IMG/VR virus record: IMGVR_UViG_3300032607_000125
Span: 32,001-96,000 of that record
Source: a virus
Strand: one strand, 5' to 3'
DNA: 64,000 nt
Position 1 is the first letter of the stretch; every line of letters begins with the position of its first letter. Positions 20,803 through 30,637 of the stretch are shown here, piece by piece. The position numbers and the translations under genes are program-made. Under the pieces are notes generated by a model. The model searched no databases. It saw nothing but the letters and a program-made list of their open reading frames with translations, and was not told where the DNA came from.

Positions 20803-22338
20803 ATGAAAGTTTTTGGTTTTGAAATTCAGCGCAAGAAACAACCTGAAACGTTATCAATTATTGCGCCATCAGCAGATGATGGCTCAACGGTTGTTACGTC
20901 TACTGCAGGATACTATGCACATGTGATGAACATGGATGATACGATTAAGAGTGAAAATGACTTAATTCGTAGATACCGTGAAGTATCTCAATATCCAGAC
21001 TGCGATAGTGCCATTGATGATATCACCAATGAAGCTATTGTTGCAGAAGAAGATCATGCACCAGTTGAAATTGTTTTAGATGATCTAAAAGTTTCTGCTG
21101 CAATTAAAACCAAGATTACTGACGAGTTTAAGAACGTCATGACCCTTTTGAAATTTGATCAAAAAGGTCATGACATCTTTCGCAATTGGTATGTTGATGG
21201 TAGATTATACTATCAAATTCTGGTAGATGAAGAAAATCCTAAGAATGGTATTGCCGAACTACGACCAGTCGATTGTCGTAAAATTCGTAAGATTAAGAAT
21301 GTAAAGAAACAAAAGAACGCACAAGGCGTGGAAGTTGTTATGAACGTAGAAGAGTACTACCTATACAACGATAAAGGTATTACAGAATCTACTACACAAG
21401 GAATTAAACTTCCTGTTGATTCTATTCTCTACACTCCATCAGGAGTGATAGACCAAAATAGTGGTCTTATGCTATCGTATTTGCATAAGGCTATTAAGTT
21501 AGTAAATCAACTTAAAATGATGGAAGACTCGCTAGTCATCTATCGTATTAGTAGAGCACCAGAACGTAGAATTTTCTACGTTGACGTTGGTAATCTACCA
21601 AAACAAAAAGCTGAACAATACGTCAATGATTTGATGAATAAGTTCCGCAACAAAGTTGTTTACGATGCAACAACTGGCGAAGTCCGTGATGATCGTAAGC
21701 ATATGTCTATGATGGAAGACTTCTGGATGCCACGCCGTGAAGGTGGTAAAGGCACAGAAATCACAACACTTCCAGGTGGACAAACTCTTGGTCAAATTGA
21801 AGACATTGAGTTCTTCCAAAACAAATTATACCAAGCATTGAACGTCCCAATGAGTCGTCTAAAAGGCGATAGTGGATTTAGTATTGGCCGCTCATCTGAA
21901 ATTTCTCGAGATGAGATCAAGTTTACAAAGTTTGTTTGGAGAATTCGTAAGAAATTTTCAAACTTATTCCTCGATGCATTAAAGATTCAGTTAGTTCTTA
22001 AAGGTGTTATCAATATCGATGATTGGTCAGAAATGGTTCAACAGATTCGATTTGACTTCATGAAGGATAATCACTTTTCGGAAATTAAAGACAATGAGAT
22101 TATGCAAGGTAGAATCAATTTACTAACTTCTATTGATCCATTTGTTGGCAAGTATTATTCTCCTACATATGTTAAACGTAAGATCCTTATGCTTAATGAT
22201 GAACAGATTGAAGAAATTGACGCAGAGAATGAGACACATAATGCTGAAACCCAAGCAACTGAAATAGAAGACATGAAAGTCAAAGGTCAAGCTAATGCTG
22301 ACATTGTGAATATGAAAGACACTGGAGATAAAAAATGA
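20803..22338 (+). CDS. gp20: Portal vertex protein gp20
   Basis: LIRRYRE....P.CD.AI.DI.NE, WYVDGR.YY, YRI.RAPERRIFYVDVGNLPK.KAEQY, EDFW.PRREGGKGTEITTLPG. Confidence 0.97.
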   Translation: MKVFGFEIQRKKQPETLSIIAPSADDGSTVVTSTAGYYAHVMNMDDTIKSENDLIRRYREVSQYPDCDSAIDDITNEAIVAEEDHAPVEIVLDDLKVSAAIKTKITDEFKNVMTLLKFDQKGHDIFRNWYVDGRLYYQILVDEENPKNGIAELRPVDCRKIRKIKNVKKQKNAQGVEVVMNVEEYYLYNDKGITESTTQGIKLPVDSILYTPSGVIDQNSGLMLSYLHKAIKLVNQLKMMEDSLVIYRISRAPERRIFYVDVGNLPKQKAEQYVNDLMNKFRNKVVYDATTGEVRDDRKHMSMMEDFWMPRREGGKGTEITTLPGGQTLGQIEDIEFFQNKLYQALNVPMSRLKGDSGFSIGRSSEISRDEIKFTKFVWRIRKKFSNLFLDALKIQLVLKGVINIDDWSEMVQQIRFDFMKDNHFSEIKDNEIMQGRINLLTSIDPFVGKYYSPTYVKRKILMLNDEQIEEIDAENETHNAETQATEIEDMKVKGQANADIVNMKDTGDKK

Positions 22339-22505
22339 GTACACGCGATTTAGTAGATGCCCTAATTTCAGGCGATTCAATTGAAATTGAAAATGCATTT
22401 GATGCTACTATGGCAGAAAGAATGTCAACAAGTTTGGATGCATATAAAGTTGAAATAGCACAATCAATGTTTAACGCCATTACTGCAGACGAAACTTCAG
22501 AATAA
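22335..22505 (+). CDS. Small acidic prohead core protein (gp67-like); not in ORF track
   Basis: 56 aa MSTRDLVDALISGDSIEIENAFDATMAERMSTSLDAYKVEIAQSMFNAITADETSE; ATGA overlap with the portal stop; gp67 position. Confidence 0.7.
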   Translation: MSTRDLVDALISGDSIEIENAFDATMAERMSTSLDAYKVEIAQSMFNAITADETSE

Positions 22506-22550
22506 TTCTAATTTATTTGATGATAAATATAAAATCAATAAGGAACTAAT

Positions 22551-22985
22551 ATGGCGGTCGTAAAAAGCTTTTTAAAATTAACAGAATCTGACTGTGTAGT
22601 TAAAGTCGCAGGAACTGCAGGAGCAGCTACTATTAGTTTGTCTACTGATTTGTTACGCCCAACAGAATCGCTTACTGGTGGAGCACAAGCGCCTAAAGTT
22701 GTTATTACTACACTGACGTGGACTGGTGACACTGCTGGCGTTATTAGTATTTCTAGAGGCGGTACGATTATTTGCACTCTCTTAGCAGCTGCATGCAGTC
22801 AGTTGGATTTTGGAGGACAATTTGCAACAGCAGAAAACACTAATGCAACTAACGATATTGTTGTTACTATTAGCGGTGGACAAGCAGAATTGTTTATGCG
22901 TATTTCAAAAGTAACAGGCTATTCAAGCAAAATTGAAACTTCACAGTTCAGCGTATATGATGATACCTCAGTAGTGGGAAGCTAA
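22551..22985 (+). CDS. Hypothetical beta-rich protein in the head cluster
   Basis: 144 aa, AAGGA RBS, between the gp67-like gene and gp21. Confidence 0.7.
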   Translation: MAVVKSFLKLTESDCVVKVAGTAGAATISLSTDLLRPTESLTGGAQAPKVVITTLTWTGDTAGVISISRGGTIICTLLAAACSQLDFGGQFATAENTNATNDIVVTISGGQAELFMRISKVTGYSSKIETSQFSVYDDTSVVGS

Positions 22986-22987
22986 TC

Positions 22988-23641
22988 ATGTATTTAATTA
23001 AAGAAGTTTTAGAATCAGTACACCTTATTACCGAGAACAAACTCGGTAAAGGTAAAGAATATTTTATTGAAGGTGTATTCCTTCAATCAGAAGTTAAAAA
23101 TCGTAACGGCCGTATGTATCCAGAGTCTACAATGGATAAAGAAGTTGCTCGTTATATGTTAGAAAAAGTAAATAAGAATACAGCTTATGGAGAACTTGGT
23201 CATCCAGATTCTCCTTCTATCAATTTGGATAGAGTATCACATATGATCGTCGATCTTCGTAAAGAAGGCACTAATTATATTGGTAAAGCAAAGATCATGG
23301 AAACGCCAATGGGTAATATTGCACGAAGCCTTCTTGAAGGTGGAGCAAATCTAGGCGTTTCCAGTAGAGCGCTTGGTTCTATTCGAATGAATAGAGAAGG
23401 AATTCAAGTTGTTCAAGACGATTTTATGTTGTCTACAGCGGCAGACATCGTAGCTGATCCTTCAGCGCCTGATGCTTTCGTAAGAGGTATCATGGAGTCG
23501 GCAGAGTGGGTTTTTGTTGATGGTCGCTTTGAACAAAAGCATATTGAACAAACTAAGAAACTTATTCAGAATGTTCCATCTAAGCGATTGAACGAAGTTT
23601 CCGTACAAGCATTTCAGAACTTTCTGAATAATCTAAAGTAA
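22988..23641 (+). CDS. gp21: Prohead protease gp21
   Basis: FIEG.FLQ.E.KNRNGRMYP, GELGHP, RVSH, GVSSRALGS, D.V.DPSAPDAFV.GIME. Confidence 0.96.
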   Translation: MYLIKEVLESVHLITENKLGKGKEYFIEGVFLQSEVKNRNGRMYPESTMDKEVARYMLEKVNKNTAYGELGHPDSPSINLDRVSHMIVDLRKEGTNYIGKAKIMETPMGNIARSLLEGGANLGVSSRALGSIRMNREGIQVVQDDFMLSTAADIVADPSAPDAFVRGIMESAEWVFVDGRFEQKHIEQTKKLIQNVPSKRLNEVSVQAFQNFLNNLK

Positions 23642-23647
23642 TAAATA
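23640..23647 (+). promoter_or_regulatory. Probable late promoter variant AATAAATA (tandem) before gp22
   Basis: taataaataaataa upstream of the AGGAG RBS and ATG 23675. Confidence 0.55.
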
Positions 23648-23674
23648 AATAATCTAGTTTAGGAGAATAAACAA

Positions 23675-24535
23675 ATGTCTATCGAACAAAAAATTGCCGA
23701 CCTTCTTGAAGAATCTAAGAAGTTGCAAGAAGAAGAACAAACTGAAGTGGTTGCTGAAGAAGTGATTACCGAAGAAGAAGTAACTGAAGAAGTAACTGAA
23801 GTGGTTGCTGAAGAACTTACAATCGATGTATCTGAAGACGTTGCCGCACTGGTTAACGGTGAAGATCTATCGGAAGAATTTAAAACTAAAGCTGCTACAA
23901 TTTTTGAAGCAGCTGTAGTAACTCGCGTTAAGCAAGAAATTGCTAAACTCGATGAACAGTTTGATACTAAACTTGCAGAGCAAGTCGAGTCAATCAAAGA
24001 GGGTCTTGTTGAAAAAGTTGATGGATATCTCAACTACGTAGTTGAGCAGTGGATGACAGATAATGAGCTTGCCCTTGAGAATGGTATGAAGAGTGAAATC
24101 ATGGAGAGTTTCATCACAGGTATGAAAGGCCTTTTTGAACAACACTACATTGATGTACCTGAAGAAAAGTTTGATGTTCTAGGCGAAATGCAAGAAGAAG
24201 TTAGTGCTGTAAAGTCTAAACTCGACGAGCAATTAGCTGCTAATGTTGAATTAACTAAGCAAGTAAATGAAATGAAGAGAGTTGCTGCGATTGCAGAATC
24301 AGCAGCAGGAATGGTTGATACCGACGTAGAAAAGTTTAGCGGCCTTGCCGAAGAACTTGCCTTCGAAGATGCTGATACCTTCAAGACAAAACTTCAAACC
24401 ATTAAGGAAAATTATTTTGGTAAGAAGGTAAGTAAGACTGTTAATTCAGTCGTGACAGATGAACCAGTGCAACTCTCTGAAGAAACTATCAGTCCTAGAA
24501 TGGCTGCTACTCTTCGTGCACTTGGCAAAAAGTAA
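23675..24535 (+). CDS. gp22: Prohead scaffolding protein gp22
   Basis: Acidic; LSEEFK.KA.TIFEAAV, VD.YL.YVVEQWM..N.LA.E.G...E..ESF. Confidence 0.93.
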   Translation: MSIEQKIADLLEESKKLQEEEQTEVVAEEVITEEEVTEEVTEVVAEELTIDVSEDVAALVNGEDLSEEFKTKAATIFEAAVVTRVKQEIAKLDEQFDTKLAEQVESIKEGLVEKVDGYLNYVVEQWMTDNELALENGMKSEIMESFITGMKGLFEQHYIDVPEEKFDVLGEMQEEVSAVKSKLDEQLAANVELTKQVNEMKRVAAIAESAAGMVDTDVEKFSGLAEELAFEDADTFKTKLQTIKENYFGKKVSKTVNSVVTDEPVQLSEETISPRMAATLRALGKK

Positions 24536-24558
24536 ACATCCATTAAAGGAAAAATAAA

Positions 24559-25827
24559 ATGACAACACGTCAAGATTTAATTAAAAAGTGGTCTCCAATC
24601 CTGGAAGCTACGGAAGCTGCTCCAATCCAGTCTAACTATCGTAAAGAAGTTACTGCTGTTCTTTTGGAAAACCAAGAACGCGCAATGTCAGAGAGCTACC
24701 ATGCTCTTAACGAAATTGCTAACACTGGTGGCGCTGGTGTTTCATTGGGTGCCGCTGGTACTAATGCTAATATGGCTGGTTATGACCCAGTTCTTATCAG
24801 TCTAGTTCGTCGTGCTGCTCCACAGATGATCGCTTATGACATTGCTGGTGTTCAGCCAATGACTCAGCCTACAGGTTTGATCTTCGCTATGAAGAGCAAG
24901 TATGCTGCTCAAGACGGCGCAGAAGCATTGTTCAACGAAGCAGATACTGACTTCGCTGGTGCAGCATCTCCTGCTCACGCTGGTTCTAACCCACTAGACG
25001 GTACTTATACTACTGGTACTGGTATGTCTACCTCTACGGCTGAAGATCTTGGTGCTGGTACAGCATTCGGTCAAATGGCTTTCTCTATCGAGAAGACTAC
25101 TGTAACTGCTAAAACTCGTGCCCTAAAAGCTGAGTACACAGTTGAACTAGCACAAGACTTGAAAGCAGTTCACGGTCTTGACGCTGAAGGCGAACTAAGC
25201 AACATTCTTTCAAGCGAAATCTTGAATGAGATCAACCGCGAAGTTCTTCGTACAGTGTACGTTGGCGCTAAAGTTGGTGCTCAAGTTGGTACCGCTTCTG
25301 TTGGTACTTTCGACTTGGACGTTGATGCTAACGGTCGCTGGTCAGTTGAAAAATTCAAAGGTCTAATGTTCCAAATCGAACGTGAAGCCAATGCAATCGC
25401 GCAGACAACACGTCGTGGCCGTGGTAACTTCATCATCTGTTCTTCAGATGTTGCAAGTGCTTTGGCAATGGCTGGTGTTCTTGATTATGCTCCTGCTCTT
25501 TCAACTGGTTTGAATGTTGACGAAGCAAGCACTACTTTCGCTGGTGTTCTAAATGGTAAGTATAAAGTGTATGTTGATCCATACTCTGCTAACCAAGCAA
25601 ATACCCAGTTCTTCGTAGCTGGTTATAAAGGTACTTCTGCATTCGACGCTGGTCTTTTCTATTGCCCATACGTGCCACTAGAAAAAGTTCGTGCTATCGA
25701 TCCTGCTACATTCCAGCCGAAAATCGGGTTTAAGACTCGTTATGGAATGGTTGCTAACCCATTCACTTCATTGGCTTCTGGCACCAACATTTACTATCGT
25801 AAAGTTGCAGTTACCAACTTGATGTAA
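24559..25827 (+). CDS. gp23: Major capsid protein gp23
   Basis: KWSPIL, LLENQE, DPVLISLVRR, GVQPM..PTGLIFAM, A.TRALKAEYT.ELAQDLKAVHGLDAE, FYCPYVPL, FQPKIGFKTRYG. Confidence 0.98.
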   Translation: MTTRQDLIKKWSPILEATEAAPIQSNYRKEVTAVLLENQERAMSESYHALNEIANTGGAGVSLGAAGTNANMAGYDPVLISLVRRAAPQMIAYDIAGVQPMTQPTGLIFAMKSKYAAQDGAEALFNEADTDFAGAASPAHAGSNPLDGTYTTGTGMSTSTAEDLGAGTAFGQMAFSIEKTTVTAKTRALKAEYTVELAQDLKAVHGLDAEGELSNILSSEILNEINREVLRTVYVGAKVGAQVGTASVGTFDLDVDANGRWSVEKFKGLMFQIEREANAIAQTTRRGRGNFIICSSDVASALAMAGVLDYAPALSTGLNVDEASTTFAGVLNGKYKVYVDPYSANQANTQFFVAGYKGTSAFDAGLFYCPYVPLEKVRAIDPATFQPKIGFKTRYGMVANPFTSLASGTNIYYRKVAVTNLM

Positions 25828-25858
25828 TCGAGTTAAGTCTACGTAAGATAGACACCTT

Positions 25859-25885
25859 AAAAGGGAGCTTCGGCTCCCTTTTTTT
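25859..25885 (+). terminator. Rho-independent terminator after gp23
   Basis: AAAAGGGAGC-TTCG-GCTCCCTTTTTTT; cUUCGg loop. Confidence 0.92.
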
Positions 25886-25888
25886 CGT

Positions 25889-25896
25889 TATAAATA
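25889..25896 (+). promoter_or_regulatory. T4-type late promoter
   Basis: Exact TATAAATA only 4 nt before the gp3 ATG, implying a very short or leaderless mRNA. Confidence 0.8.
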
Positions 25897-25900
25897 GAGT

Positions 25901-26434
25901 ATGACTACATTACTTTCAACTCAAATTCCAGAAAACATTAATCCGTTATCACCTAATGGATACTTGTTTGCGATCGATAGAATCCCATCTCTATCATATT
26001 TCTGCCAAGAAGTTGCACTGCCAAGTATAACACTTCCAGAAGTAATTCAAAATACACCTTTCTCAAGGGTGTCTCTGCCGGGTGATCAAATTGACTATGG
26101 TGTATTAACCATACAATTTTTGATAGACGAAAAAATGGAAAATTATAAAGCCATTCATAATTGGTTGATTGGTTTAGGGTTTCCGGAAAACTATCAGCAA
26201 TATACGGATATCGTAAATAGTGGTAGTATGTTAGAGTCTTCTGAAGTCGCAAGAGCATCGTCAGACGCAGCACTAATGATTCTTGGTAATGACAATAATA
26301 CAGTTCAAACCATACAGTTTACCGATTGTATTCCACAAAGTCTAGAGAGTGTTACATTCACGTCTACGAGTCAAGACGTACAGTATTTAATTGGAAACGT
26401 AACGTTCTCATATTCTTACTACAAATTCGTTTAA
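25901..26434 (+). CDS. gp3: Tail completion / sheath stabiliser gp3
   Basis: N.LSP.G..F.I.R.P...YFCQ...LP.I.L...GD...YG.L...FL.DE.MENY..IHNWL.GLGFPE. Confidence 0.9.
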   Translation: MTTLLSTQIPENINPLSPNGYLFAIDRIPSLSYFCQEVALPSITLPEVIQNTPFSRVSLPGDQIDYGVLTIQFLIDEKMENYKAIHNWLIGLGFPENYQQYTDIVNSGSMLESSEVARASSDAALMILGNDNNTVQTIQFTDCIPQSLESVTFTSTSQDVQYLIGNVTFSYSYYKFV

Positions 26435-26467
26435 TTATTAGCCGAAAGGCTATCACTGAAATACATT

Positions 26468-26905
26468 ATGAACATAACAGAATTACATGACCTTTGGGAT
26501 GTTGATTGCAATATCAACGGTGATCACCTCGATCGCGAGTCAGTTAAAAGCCCACAACTCCATGCAAAATATCTGCGCTTTCTTATCCAGCATAAGATGA
26601 AGCTATCTGCATTTACTGCAGAGTATAATACCCTTCGACAAAAGAAATTTCGATACTATCGCGGTGAAATGAGTAAAGATGAACTCACCGAAACTGGATG
26701 GAATCAATGGCAAGGAATTAAACCATTAAAGAATGAGATGGAAGAATTCCTTGAAGGCGACTCCGATCTTAACAAGATCAACATAAAGAGCGCATATATA
26801 AAAGGAATGGTAGAGGCTTTAGAGTCTATCCTTGGTCAAATCAAATCGCGTGACTGGCAAATTCGAAATGCCATCACTTGGAAACAATTCGTTGCTGGTG
26901 CATAA
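26468..26905 (+). CDS. uvsY: Recombination mediator UvsY
   Basis: W..DC.I....LD.ES...PQLH.KYL...YY.G...I..R.WQI.NAI.W..F.AG. Confidence 0.92.
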   Translation: MNITELHDLWDVDCNINGDHLDRESVKSPQLHAKYLRFLIQHKMKLSAFTAEYNTLRQKKFRYYRGEMSKDELTETGWNQWQGIKPLKNEMEEFLEGDSDLNKINIKSAYIKGMVEALESILGQIKSRDWQIRNAITWKQFVAGA

Positions 26906-26907
26906 TA

Positions 26908-28389
26908 ATGATTTCAATTGAGAAGATAAACAACGTTCACTTACGGATCTACACTGATCCTTCAATCACACAAGAACTATCGGAATTCTTTACCTTTCAG
27001 GTTGAAGGATATAAGTTCACGCCTGCTTATAGAAGCGGACAGTGGGATGGGAAGATCCGCATGTATGACATGAATCGTAAGACATTATATGTTGGTCTTC
27101 TTAAGTATGTACTTGGTTTTGCAGAGCGTAATCAGTATGAAGTTAAATACATTAATGAAGTATTGCCCACTAGTACTATTACGCGAGATGAAGTAGTAGA
27201 ATACGCTAAGTGGTTAAACCCTTGTTCTCGCGGTGTGCCAATTGAGATCTATGACTATCAAGTAGATGCAGTATATAAAGCACTAACAGATGAAAGAGCT
27301 TTGTTGCTTTCACCTACTGCGTCTGGTAAATCATTTATCATCTATACAGCAATGAGATACCACCTTGAACAGAACCGCAAGTGTATAGTTATCGTTCCAA
27401 CTACATCTCTAGTAGAACAACTGTATGCAGACTTTGCAGATTATTCTTCTGTCAATGGATGGAGAACTGATCGTCACTGCCAGAAATTATACAGTGGATT
27501 CACTAAGGACGTCACTGCAGATGTGTTAATCACTACATGGCAATCAATCTATAAGCAACCTGCAGCGTGGTTCAATCAGTTTGATGTCATCTTTGGAGAT
27601 GAAGCCCACAATTTTAAAGCAAAGTCTTTAACTTCTGTCATGGATAAGATGACTAATGTTGCACATCGTATAGGTACTACTGGCACACTAGACGATAAGA
27701 AAGTCAACAAACTTGTTTTAGAAGGAATCTTTGGTCCAGTGCATAGAGTCATCTCGACTCGTGAACTAATGGATTCCAATAGAGTTGCAAACCTAAAGAT
27801 TACTTGTCTAGTATTAAAGTATGACGAAGTAAGTCGTAAGGTAATGAATAGAGCACAGTATCCAGATGAGATCAACTTTATCATTGGCCATGAGAAGCGC
27901 AATAGGTTTATTCGTAATCTCGCTATTAGTTGTGAAGGCAATACTCTAGTACTATTTCAGATGGTTGCTAAACATGGTAAGATACTACACGAACTAATTC
28001 AAGCAAAAGTTGGAGACACTAGAAAAGTATTCTTTATCTATGGTGGTACCGACACTGAAGCTCGTGAGTCTGCTCGTAAAGCAATGGAAGGTGAAACAGA
28101 CGCTATCTGTATTGCTTCATTTGGCGTATTCTCGACAGGTATAAATATTCCATCGATAGAGAACGTTATCTTTGCTTCACCAAGTAAATCTAAGATTCGC
28201 AACCTTCAATCTATTGGTCGTGGTCTACGATTAAAAGAAGGAAAGACTCATTGTAATCTATATGATATCAGTGATGATCTACATTATAAATCTTATAAGA
28301 ATCATACTCTTGGTCACTTTGCAGAAAGACTAAAGACATATTCTGAAGAGAAGTTTACTTACAAGATTGTTGAGGTACCAGTTGAATGA
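26908..28389 (+). CDS. uvsW: SF2 DNA helicase UvsW (ATG 26908 preferred)
   Basis: WDGKIR, SPTASGKS (Walker A), VPTTSLVEQ, DEAH, QSIGRGLR. Confidence 0.96.
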   Translation: MISIEKINNVHLRIYTDPSITQELSEFFTFQVEGYKFTPAYRSGQWDGKIRMYDMNRKTLYVGLLKYVLGFAERNQYEVKYINEVLPTSTITRDEVVEYAKWLNPCSRGVPIEIYDYQVDAVYKALTDERALLLSPTASGKSFIIYTAMRYHLEQNRKCIVIVPTTSLVEQLYADFADYSSVNGWRTDRHCQKLYSGFTKDVTADVLITTWQSIYKQPAAWFNQFDVIFGDEAHNFKAKSLTSVMDKMTNVAHRIGTTGTLDDKKVNKLVLEGIFGPVHRVISTRELMDSNRVANLKITCLVLKYDEVSRKVMNRAQYPDEINFIIGHEKRNRFIRNLAISCEGNTLVLFQMVAKHGKILHELIQAKVGDTRKVFFIYGGTDTEARESARKAMEGETDAICIASFGVFSTGINIPSIENVIFASPSKSKIRNLQSIGRGLRLKEGKTHCNLYDISDDLHYKSYKNHTLGHFAERLKTYSEEKFTYKIVEVPVE

Positions 28390-28735
28390 TTACGTAGTAC
28401 TTAAATTAATTAGCGGTGAACAACTAATTGCTAGTCTGTTGAATGAAACTAGTGAAGGTATTGTTGTACTAGATCCTATTGTAGTAAGGATGCATGCTAT
28501 AGTAAGAGATGGTACTAATGTTGAACAAGCTGTTACTAGTAGATTCTGTCAGTTTGGAGAAGACAATGTATTTGCTTTCCATTATAGGAATCTAATCTAT
28601 CGAAAGAAGTTAGATCCTGATATGATACCTTATTATACTCGTATTGTTAAAGCATTAGAAGCTGAAGACAATATGATTGATCCTCCAGAGGAGTTACTTA
28701 GTAGTGATATTCCAATTGATAGGATTATACATTAA
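28382..28735 (+). CDS. Conserved hypothetical, Sm-like fold (TTG start near 28382 inferred)
   Basis: VLKLISGEQLIA motif shared with the 40602 gene; typical uvsW-gp55 position. Confidence 0.65.
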   Translation: MNDYVVLKLISGEQLIASLLNETSEGIVVLDPIVVRMHAIVRDGTNVEQAVTSRFCQFGEDNVFAFHYRNLIYRKKLDPDMIPYYTRIVKALEAEDNMIDPPEELLSSDIPIDRIIH

Positions 28736-28754
28736 CTTGAAAGACCATAGATTT

Positions 28755-28783
28755 ATTATACCATCAGTCAGAAGATCTGTACA
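28755..28783 (-). promoter_or_regulatory. Antisense sigma70-type promoter
   Basis: Minus strand TGTACA-17 nt-TATAAT (plus strand ATTATA 28755-28760, TGTACA 28778-28783). Confidence 0.65.
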
Positions 28784-28806
28784 ATCTAAATGCGTCTAAT
28801 CTTTGG

Positions 28807-28835
28807 TGTACAGTCAATCATTTATAGTGTATAAT
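28807..28835 (+). promoter_or_regulatory. Early sigma70-type promoter for gp55
   Basis: TGTACA-17 nt-TATAAT; GGAG RBS before ATG 28862. Confidence 0.85.
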
Positions 28836-28861
28836 AGAACAAATATCACTATGGAGTCTAT

Positions 28862-29452
28862 ATGGCAACCCACTATGTCAACAATGCCCAAATGCTTGAA
28901 TTTATCAAGGATTATCGGGAAAAGCTTTTAACAGCTAGAGCCAACTCTACTGAAACACCTCGCATTCCCGAATATCTTGGAGAGTGTATCCTAAAGATCG
29001 CCACCGGTCTAAGTAGGAAATCGAACTTTATCAATTACTCGTATAAAGACGATATGATTCTCGATGGAATTGAAAACTGCATTCAATGTATGCACTCCTT
29101 TGATCCAGAGAAATCTTCAAATCCATTCTCCTATTTTACTCAAGTGATCTACTTTGCTTTCCTTCGCCGTATTGCTAAAGAGAAAAAGCAATCGTATATC
29201 AAGGGTAAGCTTATTCAAGACATGGCATTTGAATCATTTGATCTACAGGGTCATGATGACGATGCAGACTTTAAGAATGCTTACACTGCATTCATTCAAG
29301 CAAATTCTAACTTTGATGATTCCTTTATAAAGAATAAAGAAAAGAAAAAGAAAGAAAAGCTTGAACAGTCACTTGCTAACTTCATTGATGAGCCAAAGTT
29401 AATTAAAGACGATAACGATCCATTCTCACTTGGTGATATTAATGACGGTTGA
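28862..29452 (+). CDS. gp55: Late-transcription sigma factor gp55
   Basis: HYVNN, IPEYLGEC.LKIA..LS...NF.NYSYKDDMI.DGIENC..FDPEKS.NPF.YFTQ..YFAFLRRI.KEKKQ. Confidence 0.96.
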   Translation: MATHYVNNAQMLEFIKDYREKLLTARANSTETPRIPEYLGECILKIATGLSRKSNFINYSYKDDMILDGIENCIQCMHSFDPEKSSNPFSYFTQVIYFAFLRRIAKEKKQSYIKGKLIQDMAFESFDLQGHDDDADFKNAYTAFIQANSNFDDSFIKNKEKKKKEKLEQSLANFIDEPKLIKDDNDPFSLGDINDG

Positions 29453-29585
29453 AAAAGATTGGCTTGATAAAGTTGCCTTAGCCGCTTCTGTTTATTGTGA
29501 ATCGCCTACAGCTAATGAAGCGGAGATAGATAAGTTCATTGAATTTTTGTATTATGCATATGGATACGATAAACTAGTAAAATGA
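29442..29585 (+). CDS. Small hypothetical protein (47 aa); not in ORF track
   Basis: MTVEKDWLDKVALAASVYCESPTANEAEIDKFIEFLYYAYGYDKLVK; fills the gp55-gp47 gap with an ATGA overlap at gp47. Confidence 0.55.
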   Translation: MTVEKDWLDKVALAASVYCESPTANEAEIDKFIEFLYYAYGYDKLVK

Positions 29586-30637
29586 AAATAGCAATTATAA
29601 CTGATCAGCACTTTGGTGCTCGTGGTGATAGTGTACAGTGTTTAGATTATTATGAGAACTTCTATAAGAATGTTTTCTTTCCTAAACTTAAAGAACAACG
29701 TATCACTACAATGTTAATCCTTGGTGATACTTTCGATCGTCGTAAGTTCATTAATTTTAACACACTTTCTCGTGCTAAAAAGATGTTCTTTGACATAGCA
29801 TTCGCTGATGGTATTATGATCACGATGATTGCTGGTAATCATGATACGTATTTTAAAAATACTAATGAAGTTAATAGTCCTGAGCTAACATTAAAAGAGT
29901 ACACTAACATTTCCATTGTTAGTGATCCAAAGACCGTTAGCATTAATGGAACTGATGTTTGTTTTCTTCCATGGATCTGTTTAGATAACTATGCAGATTC
30001 AATGAATGAGATTAAGAACACTAAAGCAGATATCTGCATGGGTCACCTAGAGATATCTGGATTTGCAATGTATAGAGGAGTTGAATCGCATGAAGGTTTA
30101 TCTAAAGCAATGTTTGGCAAATTTGATATGGTGTTCTCCGGACATTATCATCATAAATCTAATAATGGGAACATATTTTATCTTGGTAACCCTTACGAAT
30201 TAACATGGCAAGATTATAAAGATCCACGTGGTTTTCACTTCTTTGATCTTGACACTCGTCAACTAGAATTTGTTCAGAATCCATATAGTCTATTCGAGCG
30301 TTATGAATATGATGATACTGTTGAAGATCCAGATGGTGTTGATACTAGTTTTGTCGCCGATAAGTATGTCAAAATTGTTGTGATCAATAAGACTGATTTT
30401 TATAAATTTGATAAGTTTATCAACCGTGTCTATCTTCGCAATCCACTCGAAGTAAAGATCATCGAGAACTTTTCAGAATTTAGTGATGGTCAAGTTGATG
30501 AAAATATAAACCTTGAAGATACTTCAAGCGTGCTATCGGATTATATTGACTCTGTTGAAACTGATGTTGATAAAGATAAAGTGAAGAATTTTATGAAAGC
30601 TTTGTATACTGAAGCATTGAACAAGGATGTAGTCTAA
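29582..30637 (+). CDS. gp47: Recombination nuclease gp47 (Mre11/SbcD-like)
   Basis: ITDQHFG.R, LGD.FDRRK, GNHD, GHLEI, SGHYH metallophosphoesterase motifs. Confidence 0.96.
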   Translation: MKIAIITDQHFGARGDSVQCLDYYENFYKNVFFPKLKEQRITTMLILGDTFDRRKFINFNTLSRAKKMFFDIAFADGIMITMIAGNHDTYFKNTNEVNSPELTLKEYTNISIVSDPKTVSINGTDVCFLPWICLDNYADSMNEIKNTKADICMGHLEISGFAMYRGVESHEGLSKAMFGKFDMVFSGHYHHKSNNGNIFYLGNPYELTWQDYKDPRGFHFFDLDTRQLEFVQNPYSLFERYEYDDTVEDPDGVDTSFVADKYVKIVVINKTDFYKFDKFINRVYLRNPLEVKIIENFSEFSDGQVDENINLEDTSSVLSDYIDSVETDVDKDKVKNFMKALYTEALNKDVV

